DNA of 64,000 nucleotides, from positions 1,294,967-1,358,966 of the forward strand of contig OZ252245.1 of the NCBI GenBank assembly GCA_965249605.1, given 5' to 3'. Below the pieces are notes generated by a model. It searched no databases, was not told the origin of the DNA, and saw only the letters and a program-made list of their open reading frames with translations. Source of the stretch: Dehalococcoidia bacterium (GTDB lineage Bacteria; Chloroflexota; Dehalococcoidia; Lucifugimonadales; UBA1127). Shown here piece by piece: positions 48,833-57,110 of the stretch (position 1 is the stretch's first letter; each line of letters begins with the position of its first letter). The translations under genes and the position numbers were made by a program.

Positions 48833-49664
48833 ATCCACACTAGCCCAGTGGAGCCATCATCAGGCTGGTACGGCCCCCAAACAGGCGCACATATCCATCC
48901 GAGAGGCGCTGGACGCTTACAACTGGCCCTCGGAGCTCAAGTACGAGGTCTTCCTCCAAGGCTCGTACAAGAACGACACGAACCTCGGCAGGGACAGCGA
49001 CGTCGACGTGGTCGTCCGGTTGGCGTCCAAGCTCAAGCCTCGCGTGGTCGCCCTATCCGGCGAACAGCTTCAGGAAGACGGTTCCCACAGATGTGCACTG
49101 GAACGCTGGCAGTCGTTTCGAGACCATGCAATGAAGGCGATGAAGGCCAGATTCGGGAAGGCCGTGAAGAGCGGCCGCAAGACCATAAAGGTACCGAAGG
49201 GCAAGATCCCGGCGGACGCTGACCTCGTGGTCACGCTGAGCCACAGGGAGGGGATAGGGTTTTATCTCCCCGAGGAGGGACGCTGGGTCGTGAGCTTTCC
49301 GCACCAGCACCATCAGCGGGGATCAAAGAAGGAAAAGGCGTCGAACGAGCGCTTCAAGAGGACCGTCCGCATGTTCAAGGTTGCGCGGAACCAGCTGGAC
49401 AGCAGGCGAGTGCTCACTAAGGAGGACGCTCCCTCCTACTTCATAGAGTGTCTGCTCTACAACGTCCCCGACGATCTCTTCGTACCGAAGCTGGCGCCGA
49501 CGTACGCAGGTATCTTGACCTGGCTGAAGACCGCGAAGCTCAAGGACTTCCAGTGCCAGAACGGGCAGGTGCCCCTGTTCGGGCGACAGCGAGAACAATG
49601 GACCGTGAAGAAGGCGCAGGCGTTCGTCAAGGCACTGCAAGACATGGGAGACACGTGGCGTTGA
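48819..49664 (+). CDS. Pol-beta-fold nucleotidyltransferase, SMODS/CD-NTase-like
   Basis: Overlaps the upstream gene by 14 nt. It has the motif GS-x11-DVD (LQGSYKNDTNLGRDSDVDVVV) and a third acidic site ADADLVV. The C-terminal half reads ..FPHQHHQRGSKK..FKRTVRMFKVARNQL..PSYFIECLLYNVPDDLF, which I recognise from SMODS-type nucleotidyltransferases. Confidence 0.75.
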   Translation: MPIPESTLAQWSHHQAGTAPKQAHISIREALDAYNWPSELKYEVFLQGSYKNDTNLGRDSDVDVVVRLASKLKPRVVALSGEQLQEDGSHRCALERWQSFRDHAMKAMKARFGKAVKSGRKTIKVPKGKIPADADLVVTLSHREGIGFYLPEEGRWVVSFPHQHHQRGSKKEKASNERFKRTVRMFKVARNQLDSRRVLTKEDAPSYFIECLLYNVPDDLFVPKLAPTYAGILTWLKTAKLKDFQCQNGQVPLFGRQREQWTVKKAQAFVKALQDMGDTWR

Positions 49665-49748
49665 GATTGGAAGCCACCTCCTTTACGGGGTGGGCCTGCC
49701 GTGGCGGAGGCCTCTAGGGGCACAAGGGTGGGGGCGCAACCCGTGGTG

Positions 49749-50024
49749 TCAAGAGGCGTGCGCCGGAGTGGTCGCCGCCTCCGGGGCGGGCGGGCCTTCG
49801 GCCAGCGGGGCCCATAGCTCGACGCTCCCATCGTTCAGCACCAAGTGGCCGTCGGCGAGCAGGACCTCTCCCACCGCCCTGGTTTGGTGGAAACACACGG
49901 CCTGGGCGGTGTCGTGTTCCTTGGCGCACGCCGCGCAGATGGCCAGCGTGGCGGCGCGTCTGTAGGCGAGGACCTGCTTGGCGAGCTCGCCCACGGGCCC
50001 CTCAACCCAGATGTGCGGTTGCAT
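49749..50024 (-). CDS. small hypothetical protein (possibly a decayed zinc-ribbon protein)
   Basis: 91-aa ORF. The same frame upstream of the ATG encodes ..DRCPYCGHPGFSHA but has no start codon before a stop, so the N-terminus may be lost. Confidence 0.3.
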   Translation of the reverse strand: MQPHIWVEGPVGELAKQVLAYRRAATLAICAACAKEHDTAQAVCFHQTRAVGEVLLADGHLVLNDGSVELWAPLAEGPPAPEAATTPAHAS

Positions 50025-50378
50025 GGCGTGGCTGAAGCCGGGGTGGCCGCAGTACGGGCAGCGGTCTCCAAAACTTTATGCTGGGCCTTGTGGGCCCTCG
50101 TGGAGTCGCACAGGGCCCTCATTCACATCTGCAGAGGACGTGCAAGCCCGTAGAGGCTTACCTGGCACCGTGGAGTTGGTTTGCAAAATGTTTGCAAAAT
50201 GACCCCGATGGAAGAAAGCACCTACCATCGGGGTCTCACTGCGGAGGGTTGGCTCAGAGGTCTACAGCGTATGGTTACGGCCCATGTAAGGGATGCCAAA
50301 ACCATCTTACACCACTTTCTGGGACTCTACTCGGCGGGGCGGCACCAACGCCGCCCCGCTTCTCTCTGCCGCCCTGTT

Positions 50379-52388
50379 CTACCGCAGTATTCCGAACTGC
50401 CGCACCAGGGCATACAGTCCGGGCAGGATGATGAGAATCTGCGCGGCAATGGGCCACGCGAGGGGGATGCCGAGCAGCCGGTAGCCGAGGAAGAGCACAA
50501 GGACGGACGTGGCGCAGGCCATGCCGAAGCCCAGGGGAGCCGCGCCGCGGCGCATGCCGATCCACACGCTGACGAGGGCCAGCGTGGCCGCTAGGGTGAG
50601 GATGGCGAACTCGACCACCTGTCCCTCGTCGGGGTCGATGCCCGCCGGCCCCAGTGAACCGCGCACGATCTCTTCGATGTCTCCCCGGAAGGTCATGACG
50701 TCCGCGCCGGGGGCCACCGTCGCCGCGACGGGTATGGTGCGGGGCTTGGGCGTGAACGTGGCGGTGTTCCATGCGGTCCACTCGGTATAGCAGGGTGCGC
50801 CGGAGCAATCCCCGCGGGCGCGGACGCGGACGCTGACGGGAGAGAAGGCCGTGATGGCGGCGTCTGTGTGGGAGACGCGGATGATCTCGCTGGTCTCGGA
50901 GATGGGGGCGATGCTGAAACGCCGGAGCTGGAGCTCGTAGATGGTTGCGCCGCTCACGGCGGACCAGGTGAGCCAGAACTCCCGGTGAGTGTCGTAGGCA
51001 ACGTCGCGGGCCTTGTCGAGGGTGAAAGCCGCGGGCGCGTCGCCGAAGCTGAAATGGGCGGGCGACGAGTTGCCCCACTCGGAGTAGTCGCCGGCGGCGT
51101 TCTCGGTGACGGAGGCGATGCGGTAGCGATAGGTGACGGACGGGACGATGGTGGTGTCCTTGTAGTAGGACAGCGACGCCGGGAGCCAGGGGTTGCCGAG
51201 GGACACGGTGTTGGCCCAGCGGGCGACGCCGCCAATGACCCGCAGCTCCTCGCGCTGGGCGGCGTAGTTGTCCACATCGCCGGCAGGCGCGGACCACGAC
51301 AGGGTGATGCTCGCGGCGCTGCGGCTGGTGGCGAGGCCGCTGGGTGGGGACGGGCCGGTGACGACGGCGGTGGAGGCGGTATAGAGCAGCACCGCCGAGT
51401 CCACCCCCCCATAGGCGGTTCCGGTGACCGTGCCCTGGGCCGTGCTCCAGGCCGAGACCGCGCAGGTCCAGGGCTGGGCCGTGCCGCTGGCCCCGGCCGG
51501 GAGCATGTGCACCGCGTTCTGGTGCTCCAACGAGAAGGCTTCCACGTCGAACTTGGGGTTGCCGGCCCGCTGGCCCTGGGTGAACAGGGGACGCCATTGC
51601 TGGGAGAAGCGCTGGGGCACCTCTCCTACCAAGCCCTCCACCGTCTTGACCCGCCAGTCGGGACGGCCATCGCCGTAGGAGTCTCCCGCCAGGGTGCGGA
51701 GGACCCATCGGAGCTCCGCGAGGTGGGTGTGGCCGGGGCCCACCAACGGCAGCATGGTCCGGGCGGCGTGCAGGCCCAGCTCCCCAGGGGCGATGTGCTC
51801 CAGCGCCTCCTGGGGAAGGGCCAGGACCCGCAGGTTGTTGGCCAGGGTGGAGCGGTCCATCTTCAGTTGGGCCGCCAGCCCCGCCACCGTCAGCCCCTCG
51901 ATGGTGTCCAGGGCGTGCCGGTAGGCCCGGAGCCGCTCGATGTCCGTCAGGTCCTGGCGGTCATCGTTCTCCGCAAAGGCGATGACCGCCATCTGCTCGT
52001 CGGTAAAGGGCTGCAGGGTGACGGTCACCGTCTCGCCCCACTGGCCCCGGGAGTGGAGGAGCTTGAGGGCGTCCCGCCGGCGATGCCCAAAGGCCAGCTG
52101 AAAGCGTTCCCCCTGGGCCCGGGCGCCGGGAAGCTGCAGCAGCCCGTTGTCCAGGATGCTCTGGGCCAACCCCTCCAGGGAGGCCGCGTCTTGTGCAGCC
52201 CGCGGCTGCCAGGGGTTGTCGTCCAGCAGGTCCAGGGCAACGGGCGCCCTGGTCCCGATGCCCTGGACCAGTTGCCCGACATAGGCCCGGCTCATGCCGA
52301 TCGCAGCGGCTATGGCCCGCACCGACATCCCCTGTGCCCGAAGCCGGAGCACCTCTTCCAACTGTGGGTGCGTTTCTGTGGTCGTCAC
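50379..52388 (-). CDS. HTH + ParB/Srx-like domain protein fused to Fn3-like domains and a C-terminal multi-TM region
   Basis: Start set at a GTG preceded by GGAGAGAGGAGA; the upstream 126 codons of the track ORF are Gly/Pro/Arg low-complexity. The ParB N-domain signature is LLDDNPWQPR..LEGLAQSILDNGLLQ..FQLAFGHRRRDA. Two Fn3-like units follow (SPPSGL..ITLSWSAP..YRYRI; FWLTWSAVSGATIYELQ), then 3-4 TM helices at the C-terminus. Confidence 0.7.
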   Translation of the reverse strand: MTTTETHPQLEEVLRLRAQGMSVRAIAAAIGMSRAYVGQLVQGIGTRAPVALDLLDDNPWQPRAAQDAASLEGLAQSILDNGLLQLPGARAQGERFQLAFGHRRRDALKLLHSRGQWGETVTVTLQPFTDEQMAVIAFAENDDRQDLTDIERLRAYRHALDTIEGLTVAGLAAQLKMDRSTLANNLRVLALPQEALEHIAPGELGLHAARTMLPLVGPGHTHLAELRWVLRTLAGDSYGDGRPDWRVKTVEGLVGEVPQRFSQQWRPLFTQGQRAGNPKFDVEAFSLEHQNAVHMLPAGASGTAQPWTCAVSAWSTAQGTVTGTAYGGVDSAVLLYTASTAVVTGPSPPSGLATSRSAASITLSWSAPAGDVDNYAAQREELRVIGGVARWANTVSLGNPWLPASLSYYKDTTIVPSVTYRYRIASVTENAAGDYSEWGNSSPAHFSFGDAPAAFTLDKARDVAYDTHREFWLTWSAVSGATIYELQLRRFSIAPISETSEIIRVSHTDAAITAFSPVSVRVRARGDCSGAPCYTEWTAWNTATFTPKPRTIPVAATVAPGADVMTFRGDIEEIVRGSLGPAGIDPDEGQVVEFAILTLAATLALVSVWIGMRRGAAPLGFGMACATSVLVLFLGYRLLGIPLAWPIAAQILIILPGLYALVRQFGILR

Positions 52389-52501
52389 TGCCCGTTCTCC
52401 TCTCTCCGCTCCCCCGGAGGTCCTGCGAACTCCCTGGGGCGGGCTCCCCGAGTTGCAATGGCCGCTGCCCCGCAACGGCGGCAGACCCACCCCCAAGGCC
52501 C

Positions 52502-52858
52502 CTAGCCGCCGCACGCCTCCTTGATGTACCGGTCCACCCTGTACACGCTGATGCCCAAGGCGCGGCTGATGGCCGCCAAGGATACGCCGGCGCGGACCAT
52601 CTGCACGGCCTGCGGCTGGCACCGGGCCTGCTCCTCGGCAGCCGCCCGGACCCGCGCCTTGACACGCTCCTGGGCCTGCAGGCGGCGGTACTCTCCCACC
52701 ACCCCCGGCCGGTCGTACCGGCAGGCGCTGAACGGGCAAGTGAAGCAGTCGTGATGGAATCGGCACCCATTGCCGTACATGAGCGGTCCTTTGTAGTAGT
52801 GGTTACGGTGGGCGCCCTCGTAATCGAGCGGTCCTTTGCTGTGGTTCTTCCCACTCAT
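52502..52858 (-). CDS. small Cys/His-rich protein with C-terminal HTH
   Basis: MSGKNHSKGPLDYEG..CRFHHDCFTCPFSAC.. then GVSLAAISRALGISVYRVDRYIKEA (HTH). Start trimmed from track ORF 52502..52954. Confidence 0.55.
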   Translation of the reverse strand: MSGKNHSKGPLDYEGAHRNHYYKGPLMYGNGCRFHHDCFTCPFSACRYDRPGVVGEYRRLQAQERVKARVRAAAEEQARCQPQAVQMVRAGVSLAAISRALGISVYRVDRYIKEACGG

Positions 52859-52950
52859 GCGCCGGCCTCCTCCCCCGCAAAACACAGACTGACCGGGTTG
52901 CACCCTTCCCACGAGCACCTCTTGACACGCTGCAGGGCTTTTTCCCTCAA

Positions 52951-53081
52951 ACAACCCGGCACTCCGGCACCGCCCCTTATTTCCCTAGCTAAAAGCGCTA
53001 ATTCCCAAAAGATTAAACTAGCTATGGAATAGCTACGAGTGCCGGGTTGTCAGCTTTGCGGTGCCGGGTGTGCCGGGTTGT
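52951..53081. promoter_or_regulatory. iteron-like repeats flanking an AT-rich block (candidate replication origin and/or operator region)
   Basis: GTGCCGGGT(T)GT occurs at 53039-53050, 53061-53070 and 53070-53081, with an inverted copy ACAACCCGGCAC at 52951-52962. The AT-rich stretch 52981-53035 contains three TAGCTA palindromes. The region sits directly 3' of the primase-helicase gene. Confidence 0.45.
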
Positions 53082-53126
53082 TTGGGGGTAGAAAGTAAGA
53101 AAACATGCTGAGTACGTGTGAGAGTC

Positions 53127-55439
53127 TCATTGCGATGCGCCCTCCAGCCGCTCAAAACACCACGTCTTCCCTTGGTTGGTGCGGCCATGCGTAATAGCAA
53201 AGGCAACCCCCAGCGCATCTTCCAGCGCCTGCAGTTGACGGCCCAGGGCGACCTCGCTGGCGTAGTACCACTTGATGTTCTCCCGCTCGGCGATAGCGCG
53301 CAGCTCAGCGTGGAGGGCTTTGGTGTTGACGGCCCGGCCCGCGTTTGGGATGGGAGCCAGGGCCTGTTGGGAGGTGGGGGGCGCGTGCCCGTCCAGCCAC
53401 ACATCCAAGAGGCGGTAGAGGTCGTGCTCTTCCACGGCGTACTGGTGCTGCGCCTGCTTCATCTTGCTGAGGGCCTCGGCGACCCGGTCAGCGATGCCCA
53501 GCCCTTCGCCGATCCGGGATGCTACGGAGGCGAAGTCCGCCAGCCGGATGCTAGGGTCCACGGACTGTGGTGTGCCGACGGCCAGCACCTTGTTGAGCAA
53601 CCGTGCGTATTCAGACAGCAGAGCGTTGCGCTGAACAAGCACCTCCTGCAGCAGCTCATACTCGCTGCGTTTCTGGTTGAGCTTCTCCAGGCGGAGCAGC
53701 ACCAGCCGTTCCGCAACGTCCTCCCGGCGAAACTTGGGGGTCCGGGCCGTCAGCCCCAGGAAGGCGTGGGGGGTGAACGTGGCGGCGTCGTTGGTCGTGA
53801 AGAAGGCGCGGGTGGTGTACTTCATGCCCGTGGCGCTGGCGGCCAGGGCGTCCTCCAACCAGGGCACGTAGTGGTCCACGTTGTCGAAGGCGCAGAAGGC
53901 GCTGTGGGTGGTGGCCACGAAGAAGTCCCGCTCCCCATCTTTCCGGAGCACGTCGACGTTAAAGGCGGGCCCAAAGAGCAACTGCCCCACCCGCCGCATG
54001 AGGTTGGACTTCCCGGAACCGGCGGGCCCCACGGCCAGGAGCAGGGGTTTGGTGGGCTGCACAGACTCGAAGGCCAAGGAGAGGAGCCACACCGTGAACA
54101 AGACGCGTTGTTCCTCTGCGGTGTGCGGCGTGTCGTCGCCGGATGCGAAGGTGAGGGGCCGCACCAACGTGTCGCCCAAGAGGTGGGGCTGCTCGCGCTC
54201 TTGGAACGTCCACGGGCTTGCCGTATCCGCCGGCGTGAACAGGATGCCGTCAGTCCCGTTGTCCACCAGCTCGATGTGCTTACCGTTCAGACGGAGCATC
54301 TGCCCAGAGCCCGTGTCCAGGTAGAGGTGGTTGGTGCCGGCGTCGTAGTACGAGAAGGTGCGCACCATGGCCTCTTTGCCCGTTTCCCAGGTCTCTACCA
54401 GGATGTCCTCCTTGATGTACTTGAAGAGGGCTTCGGCAGCATTGATCCCGTAGTCCCGGTTGAGCACCCGCTTGATCGCAAACCCGTCCAGGGAGCAGAG
54501 CAAGCGCGTGGTGTAGTCGAAGTAGTAGGCGACGCCGTCGGCATGGATAAGGTCGCCGTGCTTCATGAGCCCTTCGCGGATGATGCGTTGCGAGGCCGGC
54601 CGCAGCCTGCTGCCTTCCCACAAGACAACCGTCTCCTTGAGGGCCTGGGGGTCCCCGTGGCCGTTGCCGTTCACCGGTGGCGGGGGCGCTGCGTAGAAGG
54701 GCGGTGCGGCGGCGGCCAACGCTCGCAGCTGTTCCGGGGCGCCCCCCCGGTCCAGCCAGTCGCTCACGTCGCCGTGCTCCGAGAGGCCTGGCAGGTCCAG
54801 AACGACAAGGGAGGCGGCTACGGGGTAGAGGGCCTTTGCCACCTGGCCGGCATGTTTCTGGCCGGCGTCGTCGTGGTCCGGGACAATGGCCACATGGCGG
54901 CCCGCCAGGGAGGCGTTGTATTCCGGCCGCCACTTGCCGGCCCCCATGGCGTTGGTGGTAGCCACAAGGCCAAGACCCTGAAGTCGGTCCGTGTCCTTCT
55001 CCCCCTCTACGATGAAGACGGTCTCAGTGGGGTCCGCCTGCGAGAGCTCCGGGAGCCGGTACAGCACGCGTGTTACGCCACGAAGGTTGTAGACCCATTC
55101 ACCAGGGCGGGCAGGGTCTGGGCGGCGCTGGGAGAAGGACTTTCCGGCGAAGCGGACCACCTGGAAGAGCAACCGCCCGTCGTGGTCCACGTAGTCGTAG
55201 GTCCGGTCAATCGCCCTGGCTTCATTGCGGCCCAAGGGTTGGGCCAACCCCAGGAGCTCCGCAAACTGTGCGGGCGTCCAGGACCGGTCGCAGGGACCAA
55301 AGCAAAGCGCCCCGCCGTCGGCAAACACCCTGAGCGATGGGGTGCGGTCATCGTGTTGCGGGCATCGGGCCAAGTAGCGGCCCTCGGCGTCTGGTCCGGT
55401 GACGCCCTGGAGATGGCTAAGGATGGTGGTGATGTCCAT
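53127..55439 (-). CDS. primase-helicase (zinc finger + Toprim + P-loop NTPase), P4-alpha/phage-plasmid type
   Basis: Start trimmed to MDITTILSHLQG. The zinc motif is CPQHDDRTPSLRVF..CFGPC and the Toprim motif is VFIVEGEKDTDRL..IVPDHDDAGQKHA. Walker A is AVGPAGSGKSNL and Walker B-like is FCAFDNVD. Confidence 0.85.
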   Translation of the reverse strand: MDITTILSHLQGVTGPDAEGRYLARCPQHDDRTPSLRVFADGGALCFGPCDRSWTPAQFAELLGLAQPLGRNEARAIDRTYDYVDHDGRLLFQVVRFAGKSFSQRRPDPARPGEWVYNLRGVTRVLYRLPELSQADPTETVFIVEGEKDTDRLQGLGLVATTNAMGAGKWRPEYNASLAGRHVAIVPDHDDAGQKHAGQVAKALYPVAASLVVLDLPGLSEHGDVSDWLDRGGAPEQLRALAAAAPPFYAAPPPPVNGNGHGDPQALKETVVLWEGSRLRPASQRIIREGLMKHGDLIHADGVAYYFDYTTRLLCSLDGFAIKRVLNRDYGINAAEALFKYIKEDILVETWETGKEAMVRTFSYYDAGTNHLYLDTGSGQMLRLNGKHIELVDNGTDGILFTPADTASPWTFQEREQPHLLGDTLVRPLTFASGDDTPHTAEEQRVLFTVWLLSLAFESVQPTKPLLLAVGPAGSGKSNLMRRVGQLLFGPAFNVDVLRKDGERDFFVATTHSAFCAFDNVDHYVPWLEDALAASATGMKYTTRAFFTTNDAATFTPHAFLGLTARTPKFRREDVAERLVLLRLEKLNQKRSEYELLQEVLVQRNALLSEYARLLNKVLAVGTPQSVDPSIRLADFASVASRIGEGLGIADRVAEALSKMKQAQHQYAVEEHDLYRLLDVWLDGHAPPTSQQALAPIPNAGRAVNTKALHAELRAIAERENIKWYYASEVALGRQLQALEDALGVAFAITHGRTNQGKTWCFERLEGASQ

Positions 55440-55446
55440 GGGGCCC

Positions 55447-55605
55447 CTAACTCGCCAGGACCTTGGGGGCGGTGGGTAGGTGGCCGTTAGTAGCGAGCTC
55501 GAGGCCGCAGTTGAAACACTTGGCGCCCCTGTACCAGGGGTGCCCCAACACGACGAGCCGGCCTGGACACTTCGGGCAGCTTCCGCGGGGTAAGAGGTGC
55601 AACAT
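55447..55605 (-). CDS. 52-aa zinc-ribbon protein (below the track length cut-off)
   Basis: ATG preceded by AAGGAG. The product is MLHLLPRGSCPKCPGRLVVLGHPWYRGAKCFNCGLELATNGHLPTAPKVLAS, with two CxxC pairs. The stop is 7 nt before the primase ATG. Confidence 0.5.
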   Translation of the reverse strand: MLHLLPRGSCPKCPGRLVVLGHPWYRGAKCFNCGLELATNGHLPTAPKVLAS

Positions 55606-55682
55606 TCCCTCGCTCCTTGTTCGCTATGCTGGGCTGACAGGGACCGTTTCCCGGGAAACGGTACCCTGCCCGCCCATTGCAT

Positions 55683-56087
55683 CTAGGCGTCATCGGTGGC
55701 CAGGGGCCGCGGGTGACGCGCTACCCAGACGGCGACGTACTCACCCCACAACTCCCAGTGGTCTTCTGGGAGCCGGGCGATCACATCCCGCTTGAATGGC
55801 TGATGGTTCGCCACGGCGTAGCGGCCGTTGCCCGTGAAGTCCGCGAGGATGGCCAGGGCGAGCTGCGCAGGCCCTGAGCCGCCATAGCCCCACCCAAAGC
55901 CCGTCGGGCTGTGGTTCCACAGGTCCAGGCGAAAGGGGAGGGGAGCCTGCTCATCCCCGCCCTTGGCCTCGCTGGACCAGACGAGAACCGTGGCGTTGCC
56001 CGATGCCCGGCTCCCGGTGTACCTGCAGGGCAACATGCGCCGCGTCGGTGTGTAGGGCCACGTCGTCTGGCGCACGGCGTCACGCAT
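55683..56087 (-). CDS. phage/mobile-element conserved hypothetical protein
   Basis: Start trimmed to MRDAVRQ. It contains the motif HSPTGFGWGYGGSGPAQLALAILAD, which recurs in small phage-borne proteins of unknown function. Confidence 0.55.
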   Translation of the reverse strand: MRDAVRQTTWPYTPTRRMLPCRYTGSRASGNATVLVWSSEAKGGDEQAPLPFRLDLWNHSPTGFGWGYGGSGPAQLALAILADFTGNGRYAVANHQPFKRDVIARLPEDHWELWGEYVAVWVARHPRPLATDDA

Positions 56088-56307
56088 TGTCCAACTCCCG
56101 CTCCAAGTCCTTCCGCAAGGCCTTGATGACGTTGCCAACGCCTCTCCAAGCGACCGCCGGGCCGAGGAAGCGGTGGACGCGCAGGAAGTGCAGGGAGTCG
56201 CATGCCCGCTGGTACAGAGCAACCCGTTCCTCGGGGACTCCCAGTTGCTCATGTAGCGGCGGGGCCATGGCTCCGGCCGTGATGTTGGAGGGTAGCTGCT
56301 TTTGCAT
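56080..56307 (-). CDS. hypothetical protein
   Basis: 75-aa ORF with non-repetitive composition, overlapping the next gene start by 8 nt (operon-like). Confidence 0.35.
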   Translation of the reverse strand: MQKQLPSNITAGAMAPPLHEQLGVPEERVALYQRACDSLHFLRVHRFLGPAVAWRGVGNVIKALRKDLERELDNA

Positions 56308-56375
56308 TGAGCCCCTTTCTCTTACAGGCCCTGCAGGTCCTTGTCCCGCTCCGCCGCTTTCTCTTGGAGGTGGTC

Positions 56376-56771
56376 CTACAACCCCTGCAGGTCCTTGTCC
56401 CGGTCCGCTTCGGCCTCGGCCTGGTCGGCCCGGGCAATGGGGGCCATGCGCTCCCGGGCCCGCAGCTTACGAAGCTCCGAAATCATGCCGTCCCGGTGGC
56501 GGATGATCTGCTCGATGACCTGGTTAGGCAGCCTCCACACCTGGCCCGCAAACTCCACCCAGGTCACCATGGGGTGCCGGTCGCCCGACATGTAGTCCGA
56601 GGTCACCACGTAGTGGTCCACCGTTGTGGGGCCCCGCTCTCCGCGGACGTCCTCGCGCTCCATATGGAAGCGCACGACGTTAACCAGACTCTGGCGGCGG
56701 GCCTGGTTGGGGAGCATTCCCTTCCGGCCTCGCCCGGGCTTCGCCTTCCGCGTTGGTTTGCGTGGCGCCAT
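56376..56771 (-). CDS. hypothetical protein (basic N-terminus)
   Basis: 131-aa ORF: MAPRKPTRKAKPGRGRKG.. then a globular-looking part. Confidence 0.5.
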   Translation of the reverse strand: MAPRKPTRKAKPGRGRKGMLPNQARRQSLVNVVRFHMEREDVRGERGPTTVDHYVVTSDYMSGDRHPMVTWVEFAGQVWRLPNQVIEQIIRHRDGMISELRKLRARERMAPIARADQAEAEADRDKDLQGL

Positions 56772-57110
56772 GCCTTCCTCCTTGTTGCTGTATTGCTACT
56801 CTTGCTCGTCTTAGTCTTTCGTTCAGATAGATAGCAACGCCGGCAAAGAACAGGCTCACTCCGGCAAAGGCCCATATACCGACGCAACTGCACTCCATCG
56901 CTCTCCTTCGTGCTCAGGGTTTGTGTGCTTACCTCGTATTGCTGCTGTCCGGACCGTAGACGCTCGCTGGCCTCCCTGCCCCAGTGCCTGGCCCTATGGC
57001 TTTCTCTAGCTTGCGCACCGTCTTCAGCCTTAGCGGCCGTCTACTGGTCATCACATAGGACAAGCACGCGGGACTGATGCCAGCTTGCCCTCCTGTCGCA
57101 AGCTAGCCCC

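Noticed and set aside
50275-52505. Long ORFs 50275..51708 (-, 477 aa), 50868..52505 (+, 545 aa) and 51961..52854 (-, 297 aa) overlapping the ParB-like gene
   Set aside because: They have Arg/Pro/Gly low-complexity composition and no motifs. They overlap a frame with clear ParB, Fn3 and TM features.
53118-55490. 790-aa plus-strand ORF covering the whole primase-helicase locus
   Set aside because: Its product is Gly/Val/Arg/Pro-rich with no motifs. The minus-strand frame carries zinc-finger, Toprim and Walker motifs, so this is an antisense shadow ORF typical of GC-rich DNA.
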